Notes under the pieces: model-generated | The model's input: only the letters and a program-made list of their open reading frames with translations | Told to the model about the DNA's origin: nothing | Database searches by the model: none | Assembly (NCBI GenBank): GCA_019058445.1 | Contig: JAHPZA010000004.1 | Location: 434,136 to 498,135, forward strand | DNA from: Promethearchaeota archaeon | GTDB taxonomy: Archaea; Asgardarchaeota; Lokiarchaeia; Sigyniarchaeales; SOKP01 | DNA length: 64,000 nt | Direction: 5' to 3' | Shown here: positions 1 through 10,209 of the stretch, in pieces | How the letters are laid out: each line of letters opens with the position of its first letter | How positions within the stretch are numbered: the stretch's first letter is position 1 | Made by a program: the position numbers and the translations under genes

Positions 1-103
1 TTTTTTTTTAGATAAGAAGTTAAATTCATAAATTTCAAAATTATATGATTTTTAATAAGTCTAAATAAATTAATAAAAATATTTAAAATTCTTTTAAAGG
101 AAG

Positions 104-1096
104 ATGCTTACTTCCAAATGGGAAAAAGTAGATTTTCAGCAATTTGTAAATGATTTTGGCACTAAAATTATATTAGAAAATGCTCCAACTTTATTGTATT
201 CCAACAAGGAAAAGGAACATGAAGCTTATAATTCCTTAATCGCGTTTTTTTTAGTTGGTGCGGGATTGTGTTTGTACGTATCAATTTCATTATTCTTAAT
301 GGAAGTTTATTTTAATATCTTCACTTTTATTATCATTACCATTTTATTAACCACTTTTGATATAGTGTTACTATTCAATTATATTAGATCTAAAGTGCAT
401 ATTAAGCCTATAGAGTGTTGGATTGAGGTTTACAAATATTTAGATTTTTATTGCCTTTCTTATTATCCCATCTTTTCGGGGAAAAGTCTTCCCAATAAAG
501 CGAAAGACGTCATTTATAAGCTGTACCAAAACGAAGTCTTACATCATAAAATTAATATTACTCAGATTGAAGTTTATTTAGAAATTTCTCAAGCTGATGA
601 TAGCAATTATAAAAAATTAGGTTTCTTTTTCCAATACGGGAGGGGAAAAGATTTTAAAGATGATGAGATCGAACGCAATTCTTGGAAATATTTTTCAGCT
701 GATACATCATTGAATGAAAATTACTTAGCTGTTGCAAATTGGGATCACCAATATGAGTGGCGTTTAGATCTAGAACAGGATTTTGACAAAATTAATGTGT
801 TTTCCCCGTGGGTAATTAAAAAATGGGATCAAACCAACTTAAAACCTCTCACAGAAGATTTTAAAAAGAAGATCAAATGGCACCTTCTAAATTTAAAATC
901 TGAACCCAAATTAAAACCTTGGAATGGAAATATTGAGGAACAAACATATCAAAACAAGAATGCTTATAAAGATTTAGAAATAATAGATGAAGCGATTGAA
1001 AAAATCATCGGACCAAATGTAGAATTAAACAAACTTGGAGACCTTGAAAAACAGCTTTTAAAGTTTAAAATATATTTTAGAGATTTGAAATTGTAG
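104..1096 (+). CDS. Hypothetical membrane protein (two N-terminal TM helices, Trp-rich soluble C-terminal domain)
   Basis: 330-aa ORF; hydrophobic stretches at about aa 45-92; no family motif recognised. Confidence 0.7.
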   Translation: MLTSKWEKVDFQQFVNDFGTKIILENAPTLLYSNKEKEHEAYNSLIAFFLVGAGLCLYVSISLFLMEVYFNIFTFIIITILLTTFDIVLLFNYIRSKVHIKPIECWIEVYKYLDFYCLSYYPIFSGKSLPNKAKDVIYKLYQNEVLHHKINITQIEVYLEISQADDSNYKKLGFFFQYGRGKDFKDDEIERNSWKYFSADTSLNENYLAVANWDHQYEWRLDLEQDFDKINVFSPWVIKKWDQTNLKPLTEDFKKKIKWHLLNLKSEPKLKPWNGNIEEQTYQNKNAYKDLEIIDEAIEKIIGPNVELNKLGDLEKQLLKFKIYFRDLKL

Positions 1097-1224
1097 CCTT
1101 ATTTTGGCTAGTTTATATAATATTTTTAAAAAAATTAGAAATATTGATAAAAGTAAAAGAACATAATTTGACTAATAATAACTTTTATTTTCCTAAAATA
1201 CAAATTTTATGGAGTGAATTAATT

Positions 1225-2577
1225 TTGGAATCATCACAAACAGTATCAAAAATAGAAATTCCTGTAAATAAAATCTTTTATAGTAAAGATTCAAAGGTAC
1301 TCTCTGTTGAAGTGCTCGGATTTACGTTTATAGGTCATTATAAAAAATCTTCCACAATAGGGGAGATATTGGATGATATTTTTAACTCATTACGCCACAT
1401 CCAAATAGAAAGGGGTAGTATTTTTATTATCGATGCTGCACATCTACATATACCTGAAACAACGAAATTAAAGAATTTAAAAATAAAAGAGAAAATATTT
1501 ATTGAAGAAAAGGAAAAAAAAGTAGAGGAGAAAGTAGAGAAAAAAAAAAGTAGGAAAAAAAGGTATACTAGTACTAAAGATATCGGCGAACCCATTGAAG
1601 AGGTCGCTGAAGAAGAAGAAATGGAAGAATCTTTTGATGATAGGGAAGCGAAACCTAAAGCAGATGAACTTGAACTACGAAAATCAATGGAGGAAGAATT
1701 ATCTGGATTAAAACTAAGCAAACCCCAACCCGCAAAAAAAGAAAAAGAAGTATCACCCCCTCGAATCCCTAAAGCACCCCCAGCTGCAGGACCAGCTACT
1801 GGTGCTGCTCGAGATTCCTTAGTTTCCGACCTAAAGCGATCAGAAGATCTTGAAACTGAAGCTGAAGAAGAACCCAAACCAACCAGATACGATATCAATA
1901 TGGGGTTTCAATACTATTCAGTAATGATGGAAAATCAATCGTACTTCTTTTATGTTTACTTAAGTTTTAAAGAATTAATAATTCAAGATGAAGAGGGTAA
2001 GACAGTTTATAAAACTCGATTTTCTATAACCACGACTAAGGAAGAACCTCCCATATTAGATTTGAGAATTGAGGGAGAAGGTTTTGAAGTCCATCCTCTA
2101 AGCGGTAAAGTTGAAGTCAAAAAAGATTTCGTCAATCCTCCCGTAATGATATTTTCAGTTCTTCCGATAAAATCAAAAAAGAAAAAAAAGAAAAAAGAAA
2201 GCGAGAAGAGATTCCTTAACGTATATGTTGATTTTGAAGGAAAAACGGTTAGTCATTCGATTTTATCAATAGTTGTTCAACCTAAACATTTTCATTTAGA
2301 TGTTGGTCCCTTTCATTTCGACTTGACTAAAACCCAAGCCATGTTAATATCTTTTATCTCAATATTAATAACCATAGGATCGGTTGCGTATTCATTGTTA
2401 ACCTTAGATATTTCAGGACCTACGACGGATGTAATAACTGGGTTCGTTCCAGGAATAGGATCTTTGATTTTCTTAGGCACGTTTCTCTATACCCTAATAA
2501 AAGAAGGAATATATCCCGTGCAACAACAATTAAATAGTCTCCTTAACTTCGATAAGGGTATTACTACGCTAAAGTAA
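1225..2577 (+). CDS. Hypothetical protein: possible N-terminal beta-grasp-like domain, charged/Pro-rich disordered linker, beta-rich domain, two C-terminal TM helices
   Basis: ORF 1144-2577; TTG at 1225 preferred because GGAGTGA (SD) lies 7 nt upstream; E/K/P-rich middle, hydrophobic C-terminus. Confidence 0.65.
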   Translation: MESSQTVSKIEIPVNKIFYSKDSKVLSVEVLGFTFIGHYKKSSTIGEILDDIFNSLRHIQIERGSIFIIDAAHLHIPETTKLKNLKIKEKIFIEEKEKKVEEKVEKKKSRKKRYTSTKDIGEPIEEVAEEEEMEESFDDREAKPKADELELRKSMEEELSGLKLSKPQPAKKEKEVSPPRIPKAPPAAGPATGAARDSLVSDLKRSEDLETEAEEEPKPTRYDINMGFQYYSVMMENQSYFFYVYLSFKELIIQDEEGKTVYKTRFSITTTKEEPPILDLRIEGEGFEVHPLSGKVEVKKDFVNPPVMIFSVLPIKSKKKKKKKESEKRFLNVYVDFEGKTVSHSILSIVVQPKHFHLDVGPFHFDLTKTQAMLISFISILITIGSVAYSLLTLDISGPTTDVITGFVPGIGSLIFLGTFLYTLIKEGIYPVQQQLNSLLNFDKGITTLK

Positions 2578-2583
2578 GTAAGC

Positions 2584-3495
2584 TCATTTTTTTATTTTTT
2601 TTAAATATTCCCAAAATTTTTTTTTTAAACCAGTCAACTCTAATTCTTTTAATTTGATAAAAAAGATTTCTCTCTTTGCAATAATAGGATATTGTTCAAT
2701 TTCTAAAATTCTAATAAGACCAGCATCTGCCGCTTTTTTTGCTATGTGTTCACTTAATATTGAGATATAGTTTGACCCGCTTACCGCTGAAATAATAGAA
2801 TCATTATCATTTATTTCTAAACCAATATTTAGCTCATGGTATTTATTAAATTGTTCTTCAAAAATATCTCGAGTCCCTGAACCTTTTTCTCTAGCGATGA
2901 AGGGAAATTTCACAAGTTCATTAAAAATAATTTGATCAGTATTACGCTTTAGTAATGTATGTTGAGTTGAGCATATAAATTTTAATTGATCTTGCCCTAT
3001 TTGAATCACTTCAAAATCATTTTTATTATAACTCATAAAGCTACCTATTCCTGCAAAATCTGCCATTTCCCGTTTTAGTAATTCAATAGATTTATGAGAA
3101 TTATTAATAGATATTTTAAAATTTACAGAAGAATATTTTTCTCGGAATTGGGCTATACTCTTGGGAAGTATATGAGAACCGGGGAGTGTTGAAGCAGTAA
3201 TAATTATATCTTCAATTTGCTTTTGTGTGAATTGTGAAAGTTCTTGTTTACATGAATCAAATAAAGCTATAATTTTCTCAGCATAGTTCAGAAAAATTTC
3301 ACCCTCTGGAGTGAGATTAAATTTTCTGGTTGTTCTATCTATTAACGTAACTCCCAACTCTTCTTCTAATTGAGATATCTGGTGAGATAACGTACTTTGG
3401 GATATGGAAAGATCTTTTGCTAAACCAGAAAAACTCTGATATTTTGTCAGACTTATAAAATTTCTTAAAAATTCAATATTCAAATTAAAAATCAA
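2584..3495 (-). CDS. LysR-family transcriptional regulator (CysL/selenium-metabolism-associated type)
   Basis: N-terminal HTH (SFSGLAKDLSISQSTLSHQISQLEEELGVTLIDRTTR); STLPGSHILP and REKGSGTR substrate-domain motifs. Confidence 0.93.
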   Translation of the reverse strand: MIFNLNIEFLRNFISLTKYQSFSGLAKDLSISQSTLSHQISQLEEELGVTLIDRTTRKFNLTPEGEIFLNYAEKIIALFDSCKQELSQFTQKQIEDIIITASTLPGSHILPKSIAQFREKYSSVNFKISINNSHKSIELLKREMADFAGIGSFMSYNKNDFEVIQIGQDQLKFICSTQHTLLKRNTDQIIFNELVKFPFIAREKGSGTRDIFEEQFNKYHELNIGLEINDNDSIISAVSGSNYISILSEHIAKKAADAGLIRILEIEQYPIIAKREIFFIKLKELELTGLKKKFWEYLKKIKK

Positions 3496-3647
3496 CTCAA
3501 AAATAGTATATGTTTATTAGAAACAACATCTAATATTACTTCAATAGTTCTTATATGTTTATCAATTCTATAAGCTTTAAAGTTAGAAAGTATTTAAATT
3601 TATAATTAAAATATTATCATCTTTTTAGAAATTCAAGGATTAGAATT

Positions 3648-5126
3648 ATGTCATCTCATTTTTTACATGATTTATTAAATCCGAAAAGTATCGCCTTTTA
3701 TGGAGCAAGCAATAGTTACCAAAAATTTGGTAGTATGTTGTTCATGAGAGTTATAAACTCTGGATTTGAGGGGAACATATATCCAATCCACTTAGAATTG
3801 GACAATGTACAAGGTCTTAAGGCTTATAAAGAAATCGCAGATGTTCCAGAAATACCGGATCTCGCTGTTCTAGTTATACCGTCGAAAATCATACTTAAAA
3901 TTCTTAGGGAATGTGCTGAAAAAGGCGTAAAATATTTCGTGATTGTTTCGGGAGGATTCAGAGAAATGACAGGAAACTACAAGAACACATTAACTGAGGA
4001 AATTATCAAAATCGCAGATAAATACGGGATTCGAATCATTGGACCTAATTGCTTAGGAATTTATAATGGTTGGCTTGATCCGGACGAGAATAAATCATTT
4101 AATATGATGCTAACCCATCAAATTGGCCTTGGGAAATTTTCCTTAGTAAGCCACAGTGGAACAGTATCATCCCAATTATTTCGAGATCCTGCGAATATGG
4201 ATTTGAAATTAGGCAAAACTTTATCTATCGGAAATGAAGCCAATATTGATCTTGTGGATTTTTTAGAATATTTTAAAGACGATGACGAGACCGAAGTAAT
4301 TGGATTATATATTGAAGAAATAAAAAGATCAAAAAAATTTATAGAATTAGCTAAAGAAATTACACTTAAAAAACCAATTATAGCAATGTATGGTGGCGGA
4401 ACCAGAGCAGGAAATAGGGCAATAAGTAGCCATACAGGTTCTATGGCAGGAAACGCTAAGTTGTTTGATGCTATGGTTAATGAAACGGGTATTATTCAAA
4501 CACATTATGTAGAAGAATTTTTAGACATTGCATCGATTTTATCCAAACCAAGTTTTGTGTACCCTAAAGGAAATCGACTTGGAATCTTAACTACTTTTGG
4601 AGGCCCAGGAGCTTTAGTAGCAAATAACGCAGAGAGGCTAGGATTAGCGGTTCCCGAATTATCAGAATCCCTCCAACAAAAGTTTAAGAAATTTTTACCT
4701 CCTACTGCGAACTGTATGAATCCTGTTGACGCAACATTTGACCCAAATATCTTAAATTTTTATGTTAAATATCCAAAAATGCTAATGAAATCAGGTGAAA
4801 TTGACGCGATAATATTAATCGGGGTCGCTGGATTCTTTTATGATATCTTGAGACTCCAAGAACAAGAAGGTTCAAAAGATATGGTTTCCCAGGAAGCTTT
4901 CATTGAACAATTAAAAGATCTGGAGAAAGTTCTAATCACTCCCACCATTAAATTTTCACAGAAATATTCAATCCCTGTTATATATATTAATACTCAAAAC
5001 TTAGCGAGTACATGGTCAAGCAAAATACGAGAGCAAGGGGGTATTGTTTTCAAATTCTGGGATCGTCCGGTGAAAGCGCTGATAAAAATATGTAAATATG
5101 TCGAATACAGAAAGTTGCACTCATAG
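3648..5126 (+). CDS. acdA: ADP-forming acyl-CoA synthetase alpha subunit (CoA-binding), paralog 1
   Basis: PKSIAFYGAS, IIGPNCLG, SIGNEANID, SHTGSMAG (phospho-His), NPVD; no ATP-grasp domain. Confidence 0.88.
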   Translation: MSSHFLHDLLNPKSIAFYGASNSYQKFGSMLFMRVINSGFEGNIYPIHLELDNVQGLKAYKEIADVPEIPDLAVLVIPSKIILKILRECAEKGVKYFVIVSGGFREMTGNYKNTLTEEIIKIADKYGIRIIGPNCLGIYNGWLDPDENKSFNMMLTHQIGLGKFSLVSHSGTVSSQLFRDPANMDLKLGKTLSIGNEANIDLVDFLEYFKDDDETEVIGLYIEEIKRSKKFIELAKEITLKKPIIAMYGGGTRAGNRAISSHTGSMAGNAKLFDAMVNETGIIQTHYVEEFLDIASILSKPSFVYPKGNRLGILTTFGGPGALVANNAERLGLAVPELSESLQQKFKKFLPPTANCMNPVDATFDPNILNFYVKYPKMLMKSGEIDAIILIGVAGFFYDILRLQEQEGSKDMVSQEAFIEQLKDLEKVLITPTIKFSQKYSIPVIYINTQNLASTWSSKIREQGGIVFKFWDRPVKALIKICKYVEYRKLHS

Positions 5127-5274
5127 CTAATCCTAGATTTTTTAGGTAGTTTAGTAGCTCTCAAAAATGGATTTCTATGAGTTTATCAAATTTAATTAAG
5201 TTTTAAAGTTAAATCACTTTTTCCTATGTAGGATTAGGATATATATTTTTAATAGAAAAGTTTAAAAGTTAGAC

Positions 5275-6762
5275 ATGAGTGCACATTTTTTACATGATTT
5301 TTTACGTCCAAAAAGCATAGCTATTTATGGGGCAAATAATAGCTATGGTACTACAATGGGAACGATGCAGCTTATCAGAATTATCTCTTGCGGATATAAA
5401 GGCAAGATTTTTCCGATTCACCTAAGATTAGACAATGTGTTAGGTTTCAAGGCTTATAAATCGATTGCTGATGTTCCAGAGATTCCCGATCTCGTTATCA
5501 TTGTATTACCCCCGAAAGTGGTCCCTCAAATATTTAGGGAATGTGGAGAAAAAGGAGTTAAAAAGATTGTGTTAATTTCCGGAGGATTTAGAGAAGTAAG
5601 CGGTGATCGCGCTAACACTCTTACTGAAGAAATAACAAAAATTGCAAATCGCTATGGGATTAGGTTCACTGGGCCGAATTGTTTTGGATTTTATAATAGT
5701 TGGCTATATCCTGAGGATAATGGCATATTCAATATGATGGTATGGGGAGATGGATTGAAACGCGGGAAGTTTTCGGTAGCTTCACAAAGCGGAACTATGT
5801 CAAGTCATTGGGGAATGGACCCCGAATCTCTTGATGTTCGCGTTGGTAAATCAATTTCAGTCGGAAATGAAGCAAACATAGATCTTGTGAATTTCCTAGA
5901 ATATTTCAAAGATGATGAAGAAACCGGCGTAATAGGATTATATATTGAAGAAATTAAAAGAGGACAAGAATTTATTCAATTAGCCAAAGAAATTTCCCGA
6001 ACAAAACCGATAATTGCGATGTATGGGGGTGGTTCTGGAGCTGGAAATCGCGCAATTAAAAGCCATACTGGTTCAATGGCAGGAAATATGAAGGTATTTG
6101 ATGCAATGATTAAAGAGACGGGTATCATCAAAACGGATTATATCGAAGAGTTTTTAGATATTGCTTCGATTTTATCAAATCCAGATTTCTCCTATCCTAA
6201 AGGAAACCGTATGGGAATTATTACCAATTCAGGAGGACCGGGAGCGTTAATAGCCAACAACGCCGAAAGAAAAGGATTAACCGTTCCAGAATTATCGGAC
6301 TCATTAAAATTAAAATTAGAAAAAATATTACCTCATACTGCCAGTTGGCTTAATCCGGTTGATGTAACCTTTGATATGAACATCTTTAACTTTTATACCT
6401 CAATTCCTAAAATGCTTATGAAGTCAGGCGAAATTGATGCTATAATAATTTATGGCGCAATAGGTTTTCATGAGACAATGCCAGCATTGCAGCAAAATGA
6501 GAAAATAGCACCCTATATAGAACTCAGAGAAGATATGACTGAAAGAATGGACGAGATGGACAAAATATTCATCGCACCAACAATGAAAGCCTCTCAAAAA
6601 TTTGGAGTTCCCATTATTTACATAAATCCTCAAAATTACGCCTGCCAGTGGTCTAAAAAAATAAGAGAACAGGGGGGAATAGTATTTCAATACTGGGATC
6701 GTCCTGTTAATGCCTTGGCAAAGATAATTGAATATGTTGAATTTAGGAAAGATCATTCATAG
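5275..6762 (+). CDS. acdA: ADP-forming acyl-CoA synthetase alpha subunit (CoA-binding), paralog 2
   Basis: Same motifs (GPNCFG, SQSG, VGNEANID, SHTGSMAG, NPVD); colinear with the upstream paralog. Confidence 0.88.
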   Translation: MSAHFLHDFLRPKSIAIYGANNSYGTTMGTMQLIRIISCGYKGKIFPIHLRLDNVLGFKAYKSIADVPEIPDLVIIVLPPKVVPQIFRECGEKGVKKIVLISGGFREVSGDRANTLTEEITKIANRYGIRFTGPNCFGFYNSWLYPEDNGIFNMMVWGDGLKRGKFSVASQSGTMSSHWGMDPESLDVRVGKSISVGNEANIDLVNFLEYFKDDEETGVIGLYIEEIKRGQEFIQLAKEISRTKPIIAMYGGGSGAGNRAIKSHTGSMAGNMKVFDAMIKETGIIKTDYIEEFLDIASILSNPDFSYPKGNRMGIITNSGGPGALIANNAERKGLTVPELSDSLKLKLEKILPHTASWLNPVDVTFDMNIFNFYTSIPKMLMKSGEIDAIIIYGAIGFHETMPALQQNEKIAPYIELREDMTERMDEMDKIFIAPTMKASQKFGVPIIYINPQNYACQWSKKIREQGGIVFQYWDRPVNALAKIIEYVEFRKDHS

Positions 6763-6798
6763 AACTTAAAATTAAAATTATTCTTTTTAATTATAAAT

Positions 6799-6817
6799 TT
6801 ATGAAAAAATTCGATAA
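6799..6817. promoter_or_regulatory. Putative LysR (T-N11-A) box upstream of dsrE
   Basis: TTATGAA-AAAAT-TCGATAA; matches the palindrome at 7541-7559 (right arm identical). Confidence 0.45.
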
Positions 6818-6895
6818 ATTATTCTCAAAATATTAATATATTCTCTAATCATATTCTACTTACTGAAATTATTCATTTTAGATTAGAGAAAAAAA

Positions 6896-7255
6896 ATGTC
6901 AGATAAAAAGAAAGTTTTCACAATTGCTATTGGTAGCGGTCAATATACCAGGGAGAGACCTTACACACTTCTTAGATTTGCTTATACCGCTCTTTTAGAA
7001 GGGCATAAAATTAATATCTTTCTAGTAGAAGATGGTATTTGGGTGGGAAAGAAAGGACAAGATCCTGCCACTTATGATAATGTTGGAAAATGGCTAAAAG
7101 ATGTTATTGAAGAAGGCGCGAGAGTGTTAGCATGTGGGGTTTGCATGAAAGCTCGCGGAATGTCTGAAGATGAGTTAATGGAAGGGATCAAAAAAACCAC
7201 TATGAATGGATTTCTTGAAATGTGTGAGGAAGCTGATAATATAATGTTTACATAA
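6896..7255 (+). CDS. DsrE/TusD-family sulfur-relay protein
   Basis: 119 aa; IFLVEDGI, ACGVCMKARG (conserved Cys), EEADNIMFT. Confidence 0.88.
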   Translation: MSDKKKVFTIAIGSGQYTRERPYTLLRFAYTALLEGHKINIFLVEDGIWVGKKGQDPATYDNVGKWLKDVIEEGARVLACGVCMKARGMSEDELMEGIKKTTMNGFLEMCEEADNIMFT

Positions 7256-7274
7256 CGAAGGAGATGAAAAAATC

Positions 7275-7502
7275 ATGGGAGAAACATTAAAATTAGATTG
7301 TTCTGGTCTTGTTTGCCCAATGCCCGTGGCTAAAACAAAAAGAATGCTGAATAATATGAAAAGTGGAGATAAATTAGAAGTATCAGGAGATTTTTATGAG
7401 GCGGGAGAAAATATAAAGAGATTCGCAGAAAACCATGGGGGAAAGATTTTAGTTTTCAAATCTGAAGGAGATAATTACTATTTGGAAATAGAAAAACTAT
7501 AA
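7275..7502 (+). CDS. tusA: TusA/SirA-family sulfurtransferase
   Basis: LDCSGLVCPMPV (CPxP motif), 75 aa; SD GGAG upstream. Confidence 0.9.
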   Translation: MGETLKLDCSGLVCPMPVAKTKRMLNNMKSGDKLEVSGDFYEAGENIKRFAENHGGKILVFKSEGDNYYLEIEKL

Positions 7503-7540
7503 TTCATTTTTTTAATTTCGCTTTTTTTATTTTTTTTGAT

Positions 7541-7570
7541 TTATCGAAATCATCGATAAGTATGATCGAT
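7541..7570. promoter_or_regulatory. Putative LysR operator: perfect palindrome plus overlapping second site
   Basis: TTATCGA-AATCA-TCGATAA (7541-7559), then ATA-N9-GAT (7556-7570). Confidence 0.55.
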
Positions 7571-7644
7571 ATATTTAATAATTGTAATTCATGTTTTCTA
7601 TCATTAAAAAAATAGATTTGAAAAGAAAAAAGAGAAGAATTTAA

Positions 7645-8937
7645 ATGACTGAAAGTGAAAAACCAAATTGGCGTCCTATGTGGAAGGAACTAGGCATTGA
7701 CATGGAAAAGCATGATCAATTATTAAGTGTTCTTCCAGATGTTTTTAAGGAAATTTATATTGACGCACAAAAAAATCGACCAGAAGCTATTGGTTTTTGG
7801 GACTTTGTTGTAGGAGATATTCATGGAATACGAGTAAATGAACTAAAGAAGGCAAAAGACGAGGGTAAAAAAGTTGTAGGAACTTTCTGTTTATATGTAC
7901 CCGATGAGATTATTTTTGCGTTAGGTGCAATTGGTGTTGGATTATGTGGAGGAACTAACTTCTCAAATTATGCAGCTGAAGATGTTCTGCCTGCTAACAT
8001 TTGTGCTTTAATTAAATCAGCTATTGGTTTTGGAATAGGAAATATCTGTCCATATTATGCAATGACAGATATTCTCATAGGTGAAACTACATGTGATGGA
8101 AAAAAGAAAGCATGGGAAGTTTTGAGTGATTACAAACCGATATATGTAATGGAAACACCTCAATGTAAATCTCGACCTCAAGCAAGAGAACATTTCATAA
8201 CAGAACTTAAAGCACTAATAAAAAAATTAGAGGAAGTAACTGGAAACAAACTAACCGTCGAAAATTTAAAAGCTGCAATGGAAAAGATTTCCAAAAAACG
8301 AGCTCAAATGCGAAGGATATATGAAGCACGAAAAGCTAATCCACCGCCAATATCCGGTAAGGATGCTTTACTTATGTCTCAAGTTGCTTTTTATGATGAT
8401 CCTGACAGAGAAATTGAAATGGTTGGCAAATTAGCTGATGAATTGGAACAAAGAATTAAAGATGGAGTTGGAGTAGGCGATAAAAAAGCTAAACGAATTT
8501 TAATTAGTGGAACTCCAATGGCTATTCCGAACTGGAAAATGCATCATATCATTGAAAAAAACGGAGCTATAGTCGTCGCAGAAGAAACATGTACCGGAAC
8601 AAGATATTTTGATGCAGAATTTCCAGAAATTAAAGGAGATTCCATCAATGACCTGTTGGAACTTATCGCTGACAGATATTTGAACATAAATTGCGCATGC
8701 TTTACCCCTAACGATACACGTTTATTAGACATTAAACAACTTGTAAATGAATATAAAGTAGATGGAGTGGTACTATATACTCTTTCTTTCTGCCAAGCTT
8801 ATGATATTGAAGCTGTAGCCTTTGAAAAGATACTTAAAAAAGAAGGTATCCCCGTAATTTCAATTACAACAGATTATTCTTCAGAAGATGTGTCCCAATT
8901 AACCACGCGTATAGAAGCTTTTCTCGAAATGCTTTAA
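7645..8937 (+). CDS. Double-cubane-cluster protein (DCCP) / 2-hydroxyacyl-CoA dehydratase-family reductase
   Basis: GTFCLYVP, GLCGG, NICALIK, CPY, ETTCDGKKK, EETCTGTR, INCACF, FCQAY, TDYS...QLTTRIEAFLEM. Confidence 0.85.
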   Translation: MTESEKPNWRPMWKELGIDMEKHDQLLSVLPDVFKEIYIDAQKNRPEAIGFWDFVVGDIHGIRVNELKKAKDEGKKVVGTFCLYVPDEIIFALGAIGVGLCGGTNFSNYAAEDVLPANICALIKSAIGFGIGNICPYYAMTDILIGETTCDGKKKAWEVLSDYKPIYVMETPQCKSRPQAREHFITELKALIKKLEEVTGNKLTVENLKAAMEKISKKRAQMRRIYEARKANPPPISGKDALLMSQVAFYDDPDREIEMVGKLADELEQRIKDGVGVGDKKAKRILISGTPMAIPNWKMHHIIEKNGAIVVAEETCTGTRYFDAEFPEIKGDSINDLLELIADRYLNINCACFTPNDTRLLDIKQLVNEYKVDGVVLYTLSFCQAYDIEAVAFEKILKKEGIPVISITTDYSSEDVSQLTTRIEAFLEML

Positions 8938-9054
8938 ATAATCGTATTTTGAGAAAATAATCTAGTTTTCATAATTATTTTTTGAGTTTCTTATTTTTTT
9001 ATTCCCATCTCTTCAATAAAATTATTTATATAAAGAGGGAGTATATTAAAGTGT

Positions 9055-10209
9055 ATGATATACACAAAATTTCAAGAAATAGTTGGGACGAAATATCCGA
9101 TAATTCAAGCCGGTATGGGACCATATAGTACCACCGACCTTTCAATAGCTGTAGCTAAGGAGGGCGCATTAGGATTAATATCTACTATTGGAATGGCTGC
9201 TGGAGGGGCCAGTTCCGCAGCGCCTGAAACAGCTAAAGAAATCTTTGGCAAAGGACGTCCAAAAACTATTGTAAAAAGGGTTATCCAATACGTTTTTGAT
9301 AACCTTAAGGATTACCCAGATGCTAAGTTTGGAGTAAATATCCCGGTTGCAACAGATTTTACGTATGCAGCAACGAAGTTAATGAAGGGAACAATAGAAA
9401 TTTGTAAGGAAAATCCAGAAATGCAAAAAAAATTGAAAGTTATTGTAACTTCTGCAGGTGATCCTTTACCATGGGCGATAGATGCTTTAGCCAAAGGAGC
9501 GAAAAAGGCTAGAATTGCCATTAAAGAAGAATTACCTCATGTAGTATGGTGTCATGTATGCCCCAATGTAAGAGCGGCAAAAAGATGTGAAAAAGCTGGA
9601 GTAGATATCATCATCGCATCAGGCAGAGAAGGAGGAGCCCATTGTGCGTGGAGAGATGTATCTTCTATGGTATTACTACCTGAAGTAGTCAGAAATGTGA
9701 ATAAACCTGTTGTTGGAGCCGGGGGTTTCGCAGATGGAGCTTCTTTAGCTGCTGCATTAGCATTAGGGGCTGCTGGCATCCAAATGGGTACCCGATTTAT
9801 TGCCACTCAAGAGGCGGATTTTCAAGAAATGTGGAAAGAAGCAATCGTTAAACGAGCTGAAACAGATACTCTTATCGCAAGAGGATTATTTGGACCTATG
9901 AGATTTCTGAGAAACGATATGTCTTTAAAAGTTGTCGATGAAACAATTAAGGACGCATCGGATCTATTTCGAGGAATCCCTTGCTCTTCCAATGAAGCTA
10001 TAATGAGAATAGAAATGACTGGGCTTGAAAAGCTTCTAGAGGAAAATGAGGATGAATCCATAATTTTAGGGGGAGTGGTTGCAGGTCGAATACATTCAAT
10101 TCCTACTGTAAGAGAATTACTCGAGAATATTATGAAAGAGGCAGAACAAATTATTTCAAATTTACCATCCCTCATAAAAAAAGAAAAATTATTAGAAATT
10201 AAAAAATAA
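9055..10209 (+). CDS. Nitronate monooxygenase / FabK-like FMN-dependent enoyl reductase
   Basis: KYPIIQAGMG, GREGGAH, VVGAGGFADG, GIQMGTRFIATQE. Confidence 0.88.
   Translation: MIYTKFQEIVGTKYPIIQAGMGPYSTTDLSIAVAKEGALGLISTIGMAAGGASSAAPETAKEIFGKGRPKTIVKRVIQYVFDNLKDYPDAKFGVNIPVATDFTYAATKLMKGTIEICKENPEMQKKLKVIVTSAGDPLPWAIDALAKGAKKARIAIKEELPHVVWCHVCPNVRAAKRCEKAGVDIIIASGREGGAHCAWRDVSSMVLLPEVVRNVNKPVVGAGGFADGASLAAALALGAAGIQMGTRFIATQEADFQEMWKEAIVKRAETDTLIARGLFGPMRFLRNDMSLKVVDETIKDASDLFRGIPCSSNEAIMRIEMTGLEKLLEENEDESIILGGVVAGRIHSIPTVRELLENIMKEAEQIISNLPSLIKKEKLLEIKK

Noticed and set aside
1338-1898. 186-aa Ser/Phe-rich antisense ORF and the many other short ORFs nested in real genes
   Set aside because: They are shadows of low-complexity or codon-biased genes in other frames or on the other strand, with no motifs
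2584-8937. Selenoprotein (in-frame UGA/SECIS) near the selenium-type LysR
   Set aside because: DsrE, TusA and the reductase have Cys at their motifs and end in TAA; no read-through needed
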